A stretch of DNA of 64,000 bases from Calditrichales bacterium (GTDB taxonomy: Bacteria; Calditrichota; Calditrichia; Calditrichales; J004): assembly GCA_965267575.1 (NCBI GenBank), contig OZ254086.1, positions 4,288,001 through 4,352,000 of the forward strand, given 5' to 3'. The notes below the pieces were generated by a model, which saw nothing but the letters and a program-made list of their open reading frames with translations, was not told where the DNA came from and searched no databases. The position numbers and the translations under genes are program-made. Positions 9,017 through 19,855 of this stretch are shown here, piece after piece (within the stretch, counting starts at the first letter, position 1; each line of letters begins with the position of its first letter).

Positions 9017-9958
9017 ATGACCCTTAAGATTGCGCATATTTCAGACCTGCATCTTTGCCGCCGTAACCGTCCGGCCAACATCGCCATGAGCGAGCGGCTG
9101 CTTTTTGAAGCACAACGGGCCCGCGTGGACCACCTGCTTATCTCCGGCGATATCAGTCACGACTCCGACGCCGACGACTGGATGATCTTCCGCGAACAAC
9201 TGCAGCAATACGGCTTTCTCAATCCGGCAAAGGCATCAATCGTGATCGGCAATCACGATATTTTTGGCGGCGTTCATCTGGCCACCGATATCATTACATA
9301 CCCGCAGCGCTGCCGCGAAACGCCCTATGAGCGCAAAATTGTCTTGTTTGCCGATATCTTCGCTGAACTATTTGAGGGTACGGTTACAGTGCGGGAAGAT
9401 ACTATTTTCCCTTACGCCAAAGATTTGGGTGATGCGGTTGTTTTCGGCATAAATACCAACATGGCCTACTCGCCATGGAGCAACCCGATGGCCAGCAACG
9501 GCAGCCTGCAAAAAGAAGAGTGGCATGATCTCAAAACATTGCTGCGGGATGACCGCTTCTCTGATAAACCGCGGATCATGCTTTGCCATCATCACTTTGG
9601 GCATAAACACCGGCGCAAGGAAACAAACGGCTTCCTGCTGTGGAAGCTGATCGAGCGCTACACGATCCGCCTGCACAGGCAAAAAAAGCTGACAAGCCTG
9701 CTGGCCCGCCATAACATTAAAGCGGTTTTTCACGGACACGTGCATTACAACCATTATTACAATCACAAAAAGATGCTTTTTATAAACGGTGGCGGCTCGG
9801 TAGAAAGCGACATTCCCGGGGAAAACGGCAATCTCAACCTGATTGAATTTGATCGTGAACATATTGACATCGAAATTAGACGCATTACGGGCGAAAAGAA
9901 AAAGGAGCACAGACCTGTTCTGCTCTATCGCGAACTAAAACCCGGATTTGTAGGATAG
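9017..9958 (+). CDS. Calcineurin-like metallophosphoesterase (Icc/CpdA-like)
   Basis: HISDLH, SGD, IGNHD, CHHH, HGHVH metal-binding motifs. Confidence 0.9.
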   Translation: MTLKIAHISDLHLCRRNRPANIAMSERLLFEAQRARVDHLLISGDISHDSDADDWMIFREQLQQYGFLNPAKASIVIGNHDIFGGVHLATDIITYPQRCRETPYERKIVLFADIFAELFEGTVTVREDTIFPYAKDLGDAVVFGINTNMAYSPWSNPMASNGSLQKEEWHDLKTLLRDDRFSDKPRIMLCHHHFGHKHRRKETNGFLLWKLIERYTIRLHRQKKLTSLLARHNIKAVFHGHVHYNHYYNHKKMLFINGGGSVESDIPGENGNLNLIEFDREHIDIEIRRITGEKKKEHRPVLLYRELKPGFVG

Positions 9959-9975
9959 CCGTTACGGAGAAAGTT

Positions 9976-10746
9976 TTGCAGCGCGCGACTTTAACGATCT
10001 ATAAAAAATTTGCAAAATACCTGGCCAACGAAAGCGCCAGGATTATCATGAACTATTACCGCAGGCCGCTTACCGTTGAAAGCAAAGCCGATGAATCGCC
10101 GGTAACCCGCGCTGACAAGGAAGCAGAAAAACGCATGCGCGATCTCATCAGCAGCGAGTTCCCGGAACACGGCATCATGGGCGAGGAATTTGGCCTGCAC
10201 CAACCCGACGCGTCCTGGCGCTGGGTGCTGGACCCGATTGATGGCACGAAAAGCTTTATCCACGGCAGCTTTATGTTTGGCACGCTGATCGCCCTGCTTA
10301 AAGATGGCGAACCGGTTCTCGGCGTTATCAATTTTCCCGCTTTGAAACAGTTTATGATCGGCGATAACAGGCGAACGCTGTTAAACGGCGAGCCGGTGGC
10401 AGTGCGCAAAACAAAGCAACTGAGCGATGCCACGCTGCTGGCAACGGATCATCTGGATATAGCGCGTCATCAAAACGGCGCGGCTTTTGATAAGCTTGCC
10501 TCACGGGTCAGGCTGTACCGCACCTGGGGCGATTGCTACGGTTACTACCTTCTGGCCGGCGGCTATGCCGATATCATGATTGACCCGGTGATGTCGCCCT
10601 GGGACACGATGGCCCTTATCCCCGTCATTCAGGGCGCCGGGGGGATTATAACAGATTACCGGGGCAACGATGCCGCAAAAGGCAACAGCGTTATCGCCGC
10701 CAATGCCGATTTACATGGCGAGGTAATCCGCCGACTGAATCCCTAG
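9976..10746 (+). CDS. hisN: Histidinol-phosphatase, inositol monophosphatase family
   Basis: KADESPVTRAD, GEEFG, WVLDPIDGTKSF, WGDCYGY, PWD motifs typical of HisN-type IMPases; TTG start uncertain. Confidence 0.75.
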   Translation: MQRATLTIYKKFAKYLANESARIIMNYYRRPLTVESKADESPVTRADKEAEKRMRDLISSEFPEHGIMGEEFGLHQPDASWRWVLDPIDGTKSFIHGSFMFGTLIALLKDGEPVLGVINFPALKQFMIGDNRRTLLNGEPVAVRKTKQLSDATLLATDHLDIARHQNGAAFDKLASRVRLYRTWGDCYGYYLLAGGYADIMIDPVMSPWDTMALIPVIQGAGGIITDYRGNDAAKGNSVIAANADLHGEVIRRLNP

Positions 10747-10838
10747 AATCTTCCCGCTATTGTTTGCATCCCCTCTTTTGTATTATCTTAAAGCGCATTA
10801 AATGCTTTTGCCCCGCCATATTAAACCGGAAATAAACG

Positions 10839-11822
10839 ATGAAAAACCGTGCCCAGAAAATAAGGCTTGGCGTATTTGTATTGGTCAGCGGCGCCGTCTT
10901 TATAGCGTTGATCGTATTTTTTACCAGCCAGAAACTCTTCCAGGAAAAAGACACCTATTATATTGCCTATAAAGATGTATCAGTGAGCGGCCTCGAGGTA
11001 GGAAGCCCCGTTAAATACCTGGGATTGAGGGTTGGCACCGTTGAAGATATCCGTATTGATCCCAAGGATGTAAGTAAGATTATTGTAGAAGTGGCGCTAA
11101 AACCGGGAACGCCCATTAAGCGCGACGCCCGCGCTGAGGTGGCCAATATCGGCATCACCGGTCTGAAGATGATCGAGATACGCGGCGGCAGCAAAGACGC
11201 GGCGCTGCGCAAGCCCGGCGGCTATATTCCGGCAGGCGCATCCATCACCGAGGAAATCACCGGCAAAGCCGAGGTGATAGCCGAAAAGCTGGAGCTTGTG
11301 CTTAATAACATCCTGGCTTTCACAGAGCCCGAAAAAATGGACAATATCATCCGCACGGCGGAAAACGCCGCTGATGCATTCGAAAGTATGGATATTATCC
11401 TGAAGGAAAACCGCGAAGCCCTGAACATGACACTCAGCAATACCAGCGAGATCACAGCCAGGCTCGACTCCACGGCGCGCTACATGCAACTTACGGCCAT
11501 GCAGATAAACAGCGTGGTGAGCAGTGATACCCTGCGCCAGATCCTGGCCAACACGCGTGATTTTACGTTGCGCATCAAGGAGATCAACCTGTTGCATCTG
11601 GTAAAAGAGCTGGAACAGGTGGCCGGCCAGACCAATCGCCTGTTGCTGCAAATGGACAACGAACTGGAACGAAGCAGCTACAACTTCGCGCTGAGCATGC
11701 AGCAGCTCAAAAATACCCTGGATAACCTCAATGAAGCATCCCGCAAGATACAGCAGGATCCTTCCGTACTAATACGCGGACAAGAATATGATGAGACGCC
11801 CGATGAAGAACTGGATGATTAA
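10839..11822 (+). CDS. MCE/MlaD-family periplasmic protein with long helical tail
   Basis: RLGVFV TM anchor; VSGLEVGSPVKYLGLRVGTV MCE motif; C-terminal DPSVLIRG. Confidence 0.9.
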   Translation: MKNRAQKIRLGVFVLVSGAVFIALIVFFTSQKLFQEKDTYYIAYKDVSVSGLEVGSPVKYLGLRVGTVEDIRIDPKDVSKIIVEVALKPGTPIKRDARAEVANIGITGLKMIEIRGGSKDAALRKPGGYIPAGASITEEITGKAEVIAEKLELVLNNILAFTEPEKMDNIIRTAENAADAFESMDIILKENREALNMTLSNTSEITARLDSTARYMQLTAMQINSVVSSDTLRQILANTRDFTLRIKEINLLHLVKELEQVAGQTNRLLLQMDNELERSSYNFALSMQQLKNTLDNLNEASRKIQQDPSVLIRGQEYDETPDEELDD

Positions 11823-12456
11823 TCGCAAAACAAAGCGGCTGGTGTGGGCGCTGCTGATTGGCCTTAGCGCCGTGCTGTTGTACGCCTGCGGCCATACCAC
11901 CGAACTGCAACGCTTTTACGTGCTTGAACTAAGCGGCAGCTACGATACGACCTGGGCGGAGCCCCAGCCGCTTAGCGACGCTAATTGTGAAATCGGTATG
12001 CCGCAAATTACCCAGGCCTATGCCAACGACCGCATTGCCCTGCGCACCAAAAGCCACGAGCTGGTTTACTATACCGCAAGGCGCTGGGCGGTTAAACCGG
12101 ATATCGCCATGGAACAGCTTATCGAAGATTACCTGGCCCGGCGTCATGTTTTCCGCCTTGCCAGTGCGCGCTTCTGGAAAAGTGTGCCCGAATACCGCAT
12201 TGATACACGCGTGCATGTGCTGGAAGTGGCCGAGCTGGACGACGATCTCTACGCCCATCTCAGCGTAAGCTTTTTGCTTCAGGGTTACGAAGACCGCCGC
12301 GAGCTGGTTTTTCATGCATCGGATCGCATGCTGCCGCTGGATGAGCGCAATCTCAACAGCTTTGCCGGTATTATCAGCCTGATGTTCAGTGAAGAGCTGC
12401 GCGCTTTTACGGACAAAATTATCCCGGTTGTGCAAACAGCCAAAGACAGCGAATAA
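11815..12456 (+). CDS. ABC-transport auxiliary lipoprotein (PqiC-like)
   Basis: Lipobox LYAC, FYVL, RWAVKP; lies between the MCE and MlaE genes; ATG 11815 overlaps the upstream stop. Confidence 0.8.
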   Translation: MINRKTKRLVWALLIGLSAVLLYACGHTTELQRFYVLELSGSYDTTWAEPQPLSDANCEIGMPQITQAYANDRIALRTKSHELVYYTARRWAVKPDIAMEQLIEDYLARRHVFRLASARFWKSVPEYRIDTRVHVLEVAELDDDLYAHLSVSFLLQGYEDRRELVFHASDRMLPLDERNLNSFAGIISLMFSEELRAFTDKIIPVVQTAKDSE

Positions 12457-12458
12457 TC

Positions 12459-13574
12459 ATGCCCAAAAGCACAGACAGTCGTGTTGCTTTTAACTGGCAG
12501 CTGGATGGCGGTACCCTGCGTCTGGAGGCTTCGTGGGTTCTGGCCAGCGTCAACCGTTCTCTGCCGGAGATGCTTTCGCGGCTGCATAATTATGATGAAC
12601 AGAAACTGGTTATCAACCTCGAAGGGCTGCAGGAAATAGACAGCGCCGGTGTGGCTGCTTTGGATTACCTGCGGCAGCAACTGGAACAACGCAATATTGC
12701 CATTGATATTGAAGGCGGCTCCGGCACAATCCGCAAAAATTTACAAAGCTTTCATACAACACAAACGCTGCCGGCACTGCCCAAGTCCCCCACTTTTTTT
12801 GAAAAGCTCGGCGAAAACACCTGGCTCTTTTTCACACGCAGCGTTCGGGATTTCATCTATCTGTCTGCCGACATATTTTATTGGGCGCTTGCCGATATTT
12901 TTGGGTCGCGCTTCCGCCGCAAAGGATCGTTCGTCGAACAGGCTGTCCAGATCGGGGCCAACGCCCTGCCCATCGTCGGTTTAATGTCTTTTCTGATCGG
13001 CCTGGTGCTGGCGCTGCAATCGGCGGCGCAGCTGCGCGAGTTCGGGGCCAATATTTTCATCGTGGACCTGATCGTGATTGCCATGATGCGCGAGATGGGC
13101 CCGCTGATCACGGCGATCATTGTTGCCGGCCGCAGCGGCTCGGCCATTGCTTCGGAAATTGCCACCATGAAAGTAACCGAAGAGCTCGATGCATTAACGA
13201 CCATGGGTCTTAATCCCATTCGCTTTGTGGTTGTGCCTAAAATGCAGGCCAGCGTTTTTACAATGCCCATGCTTACCGTGCTGGCTACGGTGTGCGGTAT
13301 TTTCGGCGGCATGGTGGTGGCCCTGGCCTACCTGGACATTTCGCCGCTGGTCTTTTTAAACCGCATGAACGAAGCCCTTTACATGCGTGACCTGGCCACC
13401 GGTTTTATCAAAAGCCTCGTTTTCGCCGGGCTGATCGTCTATACCGGCAGCTTTTTCGGCTTTCGCGTTGAACAAGGCGCGGAAGGCGTTGGCCGCGTTA
13501 CAACCTCATCGGTGGTGGTTTCCATATCGCTGGTCATCGTTGCCGATAGTATCCTCGGACTTATTTTTTACTAG
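12459..13574 (+). CDS. mlaE: STAS-MlaE fusion ABC permease
   Basis: N-terminal STAS (IDSAGVAAL); REMGPLITAIIVAGRSGSAIASEIATMKVTEELDAL; GAEGVGRVTTSSVV. Confidence 0.9.
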   Translation: MPKSTDSRVAFNWQLDGGTLRLEASWVLASVNRSLPEMLSRLHNYDEQKLVINLEGLQEIDSAGVAALDYLRQQLEQRNIAIDIEGGSGTIRKNLQSFHTTQTLPALPKSPTFFEKLGENTWLFFTRSVRDFIYLSADIFYWALADIFGSRFRRKGSFVEQAVQIGANALPIVGLMSFLIGLVLALQSAAQLREFGANIFIVDLIVIAMMREMGPLITAIIVAGRSGSAIASEIATMKVTEELDALTTMGLNPIRFVVVPKMQASVFTMPMLTVLATVCGIFGGMVVALAYLDISPLVFLNRMNEALYMRDLATGFIKSLVFAGLIVYTGSFFGFRVEQGAEGVGRVTTSSVVVSISLVIVADSILGLIFY

Positions 13575-13579
13575 GCGCC

Positions 13580-14332
13580 ATGGAAAAGAAAACCGTAATA
13601 GAAGTTGAAAATCTGAGTGCCCGTTTCGGCGAGCGCCGGGTGCTGGACGGTGTAACATTCCACGCTTATGAAAACGAAGTGACCGTTTTGCTTGGCGGAA
13701 GCGGCAGCGGCAAAACAACAATCCTGAAGCACCTCATCGGCCTCTACCCCGTGGCGTCCGGTTCCGTCCGCGTTCTGGATTTCCTGCTGGAAAACGCAAC
13801 CGAGGCCCAGAAACAAAACCTGTTCATGCAGATGGGTGTATTGTATCAGAATGGCGCGTTGCTTAACTCGCTTTCCGTGGCTGAAAACGTAAGCCTGCCC
13901 CTGGTGCAGCACTTTAATCTGCCCCCTGCCGTGGCCGACCGCCTGGCCTATATGAAACTGGAGCTACTCAACCTCGGTGATGCCTTTCATCTTTATCCTT
14001 CTCAGCTTAGCGGGGGTATGCGCAAGCGCGCTGCCCTGGCCCGCTCCATCGCACTGGACCCGCCGCTGCTTTTCTGCGACGAACCGGGCGCAGGACTCGA
14101 TCCGGTGTCCCTGGCCCAACTCGACGCCCTGATACTGAAAATGAAAAATCAGCTGGGCATGACCGTCATCCTCGTTACGCATGAAGTATCAAGCATTCGC
14201 CGCCTGGCCGATCGCATTATCTTTCTGGATGAAGGAAAGGTTGTTTTCCAGGGGCCGCTTGATGATGCGCTGAGCAGCGACCTGGCAAGCGTCCGGAATT
14301 TTTTCAAACAAGCCCACGGAAAAGAAAAATAA
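13580..14332 (+). CDS. mlaF: MlaF/Mkl-type ABC ATPase
   Basis: Walker A GGSGSGKT, LSGGMRKRAALAR, FCDEPGAGLDP, VTHE. Confidence 0.9.
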   Translation: MEKKTVIEVENLSARFGERRVLDGVTFHAYENEVTVLLGGSGSGKTTILKHLIGLYPVASGSVRVLDFLLENATEAQKQNLFMQMGVLYQNGALLNSLSVAENVSLPLVQHFNLPPAVADRLAYMKLELLNLGDAFHLYPSQLSGGMRKRAALARSIALDPPLLFCDEPGAGLDPVSLAQLDALILKMKNQLGMTVILVTHEVSSIRRLADRIIFLDEGKVVFQGPLDDALSSDLASVRNFFKQAHGKEK

Positions 14333-14424
14333 TCTCCCGACGCTTTGCCTGTTATCATACGGGCATGTAACTTTTGGAGCTGTTCTTCGCAGATTGTCTC
14401 TGAACCAAATGGAGGAGCATTATT

Positions 14425-16494
14425 ATGAAGCGCGTAATTTTATTGATCGCCGTTTTTACTTTTACACTCTTTGCCCAGCAACCTTCCGCCTCCGCCCAAA
14501 ACGAATTCAACAAGCTGGTTGAAGACGATCTGCAGGCGCAGCAACTTGTCGGTCTTTCTGTTGCCGTAATCCACAATGATAAAGAATGGACCGAGGCCTA
14601 TGGATATGCCGATCTGGAAAACCGTGTTAAAACCACACCGGCATCGCGCTTTCGGCTGGCGTCGGTTACCAAGCCGATGACCGCTGTGGGCATACTCGTG
14701 CTGGTTCAGCAGGGCAAGGTCAAACTGGATGAAGAGGTTCAAGCCTACGTGCCCGGTTTTCCCAAAAAAAAATATCCCGTGACTGTTCGTCAGTTGCTGG
14801 GACACCTTTCCGGCATCAGCCACTATAAAAACTATGACGCGGAAGCAAACACCACCCGACAAATGCCTACGGAAGATGCTCTTGCCATTTTCAAAGAGTG
14901 GGATCTGCTTTTCGAACCGGAAGCACGTTTTCAATACACTACTTATGGATATAACCTGTTGGGCGCTGTCATTGAAGCGGCCAGCGGACAAAGCTATCAG
15001 GATTTCATGAGCGCCAACGTCTGGGGGCCGCTGAACATGTCCGGCATTTCGGTGGATTACCTCTACAAACTGATCCCCAACCGTGCCAGCGGTTACACGA
15101 TGCAAAACGGTGAGATCATCAACTCCCGGCCGGTAAGCACCAGCCTTAAAATTGCCGGCGGCGGCACGCGAGCCACAGCTCTGGACATGGCACGCTTTGC
15201 TTCCGGGCTCAATAACGGCAAGGTGCTGCAGTCAAGCTGGCGCGATAGCATGTGGATGCCCATGGCACTTCAGAGCGGGCGCTACACCGGTTATGGCATG
15301 GGCTGGGGCATCGGCTCTTTTAACGGCAGGTACACGGTGCAGCACAGCGGCGGCCAGGAAGGAACGCGCACCTATCTGCTCAATTTGCCCGCGGAAAAAC
15401 TCTCCATCGCGATTGCCTCTAATTTCGAACAGAGCAATCCGGGAAAATACGCTTACCGCCTGGCCGAACTGATCCTGAATGAAAAGCAGAACCCGGTGCG
15501 TCCGTACTTTGCCGACCAAAGCAGGCAGATTATTTTTGAAATGCTGGAGAGCATTTACACAAACGGATTCAGCTATTTTGATTATTTTAAACGCCCCTTT
15601 ACACGAGGCGCCCATGGCCTGGATGCGGCCTTCGCCTATGTAAATAATTTTGACGACAGCGCCCGGAAAGACAGCTTGCTGCAGGCCGGCATACACCCCG
15701 TTGCCGATAATGCCTTTGTTACAGCAGGCTCCTTTATGGCTTCAACAATAAAAGATATTTACGGCCAACAACGGCTGGAGAAGTTGCACAAGTCCGGCGT
15801 TTTGGCCTTTTTTAACACATACGTGGAGGCCTGCCGCGAATATCCGCAGCGCATCCCCTACACATTGGAAGATGACCTGGAGACAGCAGTCAGCTCCTGG
15901 TATCCCGTGTGGCAAAGTTATGAAGACGAGAAAATGCTTTCCATGGAAATAAGCGCTGCAACGGACATAGAAAAAACACGCGCCAGGCTTGAAGAGGCCT
16001 TCACCAACAAATCCCTTTTTCCCGATTACAGCGATGAACTCGTAAGCGTCTCCCGCACATTTTTGCAAAAAGACAACATTGCCAAAGCACAAAAATTCGC
16101 TGAGACGGCCAAAGGTCTTTACCCCGGTGATGGTGACGGGTCGGCCATGCTGGGAGTGCTTAGTATCATTTCAGGTAATCCCGCTGCCGGCAAATTGCTC
16201 ATTGAGGAAGCGATGCAGGCAAATCCGGATGGCTTGGCGGCACAAAGCAACCTGAACACCATTGCTTACGAGCTGGCAGCAGATGAATCCTATGATGAAG
16301 CGATTGCACTGCTGCAGGTTGCCATAGAGCTAAATCCCAAAGTCGCCAACCTTTATGACAGCACGGGTGAGATGTACCTGCGCAAAGGCGATCACGGCAC
16401 AGCCATAGAATGGTATAAAAAGGCTTTAAAGATCGATCCCGATTTTGTAAACGCACAACAGATGCTGAAACAAATAGAGGAATCCGGAAAATAG
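14425..16494 (+). CDS. Secreted serine hydrolase (beta-lactamase class C/PBP-like) with C-terminal TPRs
   Basis: Signal peptide; FRLASVTK (SxxK), LLGHLSG, FQYTTYGYNLLG, HSGG; C-terminal NLYDSTGEMY...YKKALKIDP TPR. Confidence 0.88.
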   Translation: MKRVILLIAVFTFTLFAQQPSASAQNEFNKLVEDDLQAQQLVGLSVAVIHNDKEWTEAYGYADLENRVKTTPASRFRLASVTKPMTAVGILVLVQQGKVKLDEEVQAYVPGFPKKKYPVTVRQLLGHLSGISHYKNYDAEANTTRQMPTEDALAIFKEWDLLFEPEARFQYTTYGYNLLGAVIEAASGQSYQDFMSANVWGPLNMSGISVDYLYKLIPNRASGYTMQNGEIINSRPVSTSLKIAGGGTRATALDMARFASGLNNGKVLQSSWRDSMWMPMALQSGRYTGYGMGWGIGSFNGRYTVQHSGGQEGTRTYLLNLPAEKLSIAIASNFEQSNPGKYAYRLAELILNEKQNPVRPYFADQSRQIIFEMLESIYTNGFSYFDYFKRPFTRGAHGLDAAFAYVNNFDDSARKDSLLQAGIHPVADNAFVTAGSFMASTIKDIYGQQRLEKLHKSGVLAFFNTYVEACREYPQRIPYTLEDDLETAVSSWYPVWQSYEDEKMLSMEISAATDIEKTRARLEEAFTNKSLFPDYSDELVSVSRTFLQKDNIAKAQKFAETAKGLYPGDGDGSAMLGVLSIISGNPAAGKLLIEEAMQANPDGLAAQSNLNTIAYELAADESYDEAIALLQVAIELNPKVANLYDSTGEMYLRKGDHGTAIEWYKKALKIDPDFVNAQQMLKQIEESGK

Positions 16495-17589
16495 ATGCGC
16501 TTGCTGAGGTTGCTATTGCTCCTGCCGCTGTGTTTATACGCCGGCGAGGATGATTCTTTTTATTTTTACCGGCCGCAGATAAGCTATGGTTCTGAGGCGT
16601 TTTTTTCGCCGGCGACAACTTTTCTGAATGGCAGTCTCGACATTCTGCGCAACGGCAGCCATGAAAACAACGGCGAAAGCAAGAGCCTCCGGCACCTTGA
16701 TTACAGCACCGGTATCCGGAATGTGTGGAACAGTGTGCGCCATCCTTTTGCCGGCATCGAAGAATATGGCTGGCGCCAGTTTGTAGCCCAGGAGATTTTC
16801 CCGATTGCGCCCAGCCGCAAGCGTACGCAATATGTGCCCAACTACGCCCACCATGTTCTTGGCGCGGGCATGATCTATACCAAAACTGCCGAGTGGTTCA
16901 GCTACCGCGGATACAGCTATCCGCGCCTGTGGTCCTTTGCCGTAACACAATCCTACCAGTTTATGAATGAGGTCCTGGAAAACAACCACTTCCGCGGACC
17001 CAACGTTGATGCCATCGCCGACCTGCTGATCTTTAATCCTTTAGGCTACCTGCTGTTCAGCTTTGATGGTGTTAATCGTTTTTTCAGCAACAGTTTCAGA
17101 TTGTATGACTGGTCGTTACAGCCCGTGCTCAACCCGTTCAATCTTGAGATGGAAAATGCCGGCCAGCAGTTTGCCGCCAAATTTGGCCTGCCTTTCTTCG
17201 AAAAATGGGAAGGCTTTTTTTACTGGGGAATTAATGGTATTGCAGGCCTGTCATATTCACTCAGCCATTCCGATCACCTTTCTTTTGGAGCGGGCACGGA
17301 AATAAACCGGTTGGAAGAAAACAGAAACCGCACCAAAAACACGCGCTTTCTCAGCCCCATTACCGACGGTGCCATCGGCATTTTTTACGATCGTAATCAC
17401 TCGCTTTTGGCGTCCATGGTTTTAACCATGCCACGTTTTTATAATGCGCGTATCAATATCTACCCCGGTGTATTCGATATTGGGGACTTTCAAACCGGCT
17501 TTTATCTTGCCGCGGGAGAACTGGATGGACTTAAATTTGGCCTGACCTGGGTCAGTCTTCCTGTAGGCCTTGTGGGGGGCGGAAAATAA
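16495..17589 (+). CDS. Hypothetical exported / outer-membrane protein
   Basis: Signal peptide; aromatic-rich with beta-strand-like C-terminal half; ATG directly follows the upstream stop. Confidence 0.65.
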   Translation: MRLLRLLLLLPLCLYAGEDDSFYFYRPQISYGSEAFFSPATTFLNGSLDILRNGSHENNGESKSLRHLDYSTGIRNVWNSVRHPFAGIEEYGWRQFVAQEIFPIAPSRKRTQYVPNYAHHVLGAGMIYTKTAEWFSYRGYSYPRLWSFAVTQSYQFMNEVLENNHFRGPNVDAIADLLIFNPLGYLLFSFDGVNRFFSNSFRLYDWSLQPVLNPFNLEMENAGQQFAAKFGLPFFEKWEGFFYWGINGIAGLSYSLSHSDHLSFGAGTEINRLEENRNRTKNTRFLSPITDGAIGIFYDRNHSLLASMVLTMPRFYNARINIYPGVFDIGDFQTGFYLAAGELDGLKFGLTWVSLPVGLVGGGK

Positions 17590-17590
17590 A

Positions 17591-17621
17591 AAAGCCCCAT
17601 CCTGTGATAGAATGGGGCTTT
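17591..17621. terminator. Bidirectional intrinsic terminator between convergent genes
   Basis: AAAGCCCCAT-N11-ATGGGGCTTT hairpin with an A-run on the left. Confidence 0.75.
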
Positions 17622-17636
17622 GGTTCGCATCAGCTA

Positions 17637-19589
17637 TTACTTTTTATCTTTATCCTTATCGTCATCCACAACTTCGTAATCGGCGTCTTCTACCTCGCCT
17701 TCTTCCTTGGATGACTCTTCCGTTTTGCCCTGCTTCGCCTGGCCTGATTCGGCATCGGCGCCGGGGCTTTCTCCGGCTCCTGGCTGCTGTGCGCCCTGGC
17801 TGTACATTTTCTGGGCAACTTCGTTCCATGAATTGTTAAGCGCATCCATAGCCGATTTGATTTCGTCGGTGTTGTCGCCTTTAAGGGCTTCCTTAACGCG
17901 GCCAACCGCGGTCTCGATCTTCGACTTGTCATCTGCATTCATTTTATCGGCCATATCTTTCAGGTTCTTCTCTGTCTGGTAGACCAGAGAGTCGGCCTGG
18001 TTGCGGGCCTCGATACCTTCACGCTTGCGCTTATCTTCCGCGGCATGGGCCTGCGCGTCTTTGCGCATTTTATCGATTTCTTTTTCATCAAGGCCGCTGC
18101 TGGCTTCAATGCGAATCGATTGCTCCTTGCCGCTGGCCTTGTCTTTGGCCGAAACATGCAAGATACCATTGGCGTCAACATCGAAGGTCACCTCAATTTG
18201 AGGCACACCACGCGGTGCCGGCGGGATACCATCCAGTATGAATTTGCCAAGCGAGCGGTTATCCACTGCCATTTCTCTTTCACCCTGAAGTATGTGAATC
18301 TCAACCGATGTCTGGTTATCTGCAGCCGTAGAAAAGATCTGCGATTTCTTCGTCGGGATTGTCGTATTTGCTTCGATCAGTTTGGTGCTTACGTTGCCCA
18401 GCGTCTCGATACCAAGTGAAAGCGGGATAACGTCCAGCAACAGTATATCGCCCGCTTCTCCGCTTAAAACGGCACCCTGGATGGCGGCGCCAAGAGCGAC
18501 CACTTCGTCCGGGTTCACACCCTTATGAGGATCCTTGCCAAAGAATTCCTTAACAACTTCCTGTACTTTCGGAATTCGTGTGGAACCACCTACAAGAATC
18601 ACCTCATCGATCTCGGTAGTTTTCAGCCCGGCATCTTTAAGTGCCGATTTGCATGGCTCCAGTGTGCGCTGAATAAGATGGTCAACAAGCTGCTCAAACT
18701 TGGAGCGGGATAGCGTAATGTTGAGGTGCTTGGGTCCCGATTCCGTTGCCGTAATAAAAGGCAGGTTGACCTCCGTCTCCGAAGAGCTGGAAAGTTCAAT
18801 TTTAGCCTTTTCAGCGGCTTCTTTCAGACGCTGTAGCGCCATCGGGTCTTTGCGCAGATCAACGTTTTCCTCTTTCTTAAATTCGTCGGCCAGGTACCTG
18901 ATGATGGCCTGGTCAAAGTCATCACCGCCCAGGTGCGTGTCACCATTGGTCGATTTTACTTCAACAACATTGTCGCCGATTTCCAGGATGGAGATATCGA
19001 AAGTACCACCGCCAAGGTCAAATACAGCGATCTTTTCATCGTTTTTCTTTTCAAGGCCATAAGCCAGCGACGCTGCCGTCGGCTCATTAATGATGCGCTT
19101 TACTTCCAGCCCGGCAATGCGGCCCGCATCTTTTGTCGCCTGGCGCTGAGCATCGTTAAAATAAGCCGGAACCGTAATAACAGCTTCGGTTACCTTTTCG
19201 CCGAGATAGTCTTCCGCTGTCTGCTTCATTTTCTGCAGGATCATTGCGGATATCTCGGGCGGGCTGTACTGCTTATCGCCGGCCTCAACCATTACCACAT
19301 CATTGTTGCCTTTGTTTACTTTATAAGGTACCTCTTCAATCTCCGTATCTACTTCTTTATAAAAACGCCCCATAAAGCGTTTGATAGAAAATACAGTGTT
19401 TTGCGGGTTTGTAACCGCCTGTCTTTTAGCAGAAGCGCCCACCAGCCGCTCACCTTTTTTTGTAAAGGCGACAACAGATGGCGTCGTACGGGCACCTTCC
19501 GAGTTCGGAATAACGACAGGCTCGCCGCCTTCCATCACGGCTACAACCGAGTTCGTTGTTCCTAAGTCAATTCCTATTATTTTACCCAT
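17637..19589 (-). CDS. dnaK: Chaperone DnaK (Hsp70)
   Basis: [36 protein letters not shown]. Confidence 0.99.
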   Translation of the reverse strand: MGKIIGIDLGTTNSVVAVMEGGEPVVIPNSEGARTTPSVVAFTKKGERLVGASAKRQAVTNPQNTVFSIKRFMGRFYKEVDTEIEEVPYKVNKGNNDVVMVEAGDKQYSPPEISAMILQKMKQTAEDYLGEKVTEAVITVPAYFNDAQRQATKDAGRIAGLEVKRIINEPTAASLAYGLEKKNDEKIAVFDLGGGTFDISILEIGDNVVEVKSTNGDTHLGGDDFDQAIIRYLADEFKKEENVDLRKDPMALQRLKEAAEKAKIELSSSSETEVNLPFITATESGPKHLNITLSRSKFEQLVDHLIQRTLEPCKSALKDAGLKTTEIDEVILVGGSTRIPKVQEVVKEFFGKDPHKGVNPDEVVALGAAIQGAVLSGEAGDILLLDVIPLSLGIETLGNVSTKLIEANTTIPTKKSQIFSTAADNQTSVEIHILQGEREMAVDNRSLGKFILDGIPPAPRGVPQIEVTFDVDANGILHVSAKDKASGKEQSIRIEASSGLDEKEIDKMRKDAQAHAAEDKRKREGIEARNQADSLVYQTEKNLKDMADKMNADDKSKIETAVGRVKEALKGDNTDEIKSAMDALNNSWNEVAQKMYSQGAQQPGAGESPGADAESGQAKQGKTEESSKEEGEVEDADYEVVDDDKDKDKK

Positions 19590-19644
19590 TTAATTCCTCC
19601 GGTTTTCAATATTCATAATTTTCAAAATTTACGGAGTAAGAAAA

Positions 19645-19659
19645 GCAAGCATTATGCCA
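19645..19659 (-). promoter_or_regulatory. Sigma54 (-24/-12) promoter of dnaK
   Basis: Minus strand TGGCATAATGCTTGC = GG-N10-GC, ending ~55 bp upstream of the ATG. Confidence 0.75.
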
Positions 19660-19807
19660 AAAGCCCGTCAAGCGATCTATCTGTTTGTTTTTTATTGATT
19701 TACAAGCACAAAAAGGGATTTGATCAACCGGCATCTAAAAATCTTATTTCCAGGATGCTGACATTATGACAGCGCAGCCTTTTAGAGTTGTCTTACAAGC
19801 CTGACAT

Positions 19808-19838
19808 AAAAAAAGGCCGCCCGGTCAGGAGCGGCCTT
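19808..19838 (-). terminator. Intrinsic terminator after degP-like gene
   Basis: AAGGCCGC...GCGGCCTT stem followed by a T-run on the minus strand. Confidence 0.75.
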
Positions 19839-19855
19839 CTGAATGATCTCTGTAC

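Noticed and set aside
8852..9037. 61-aa minus-strand ORF
   Set aside because: Overlaps the repeat end and the phosphoesterase start; no motif support.
14425..16494. Antibiotic-resistance beta-lactamase call
   Set aside because: The SxxK fold with a long TPR extension fits the broad serine hydrolase/peptidase group; nothing supports resistance.
19590..19855. CIRCE/HrcA operator upstream of dnaK
   Set aside because: No TTAGCACTC-N9-GAGTGCTAA match seen.
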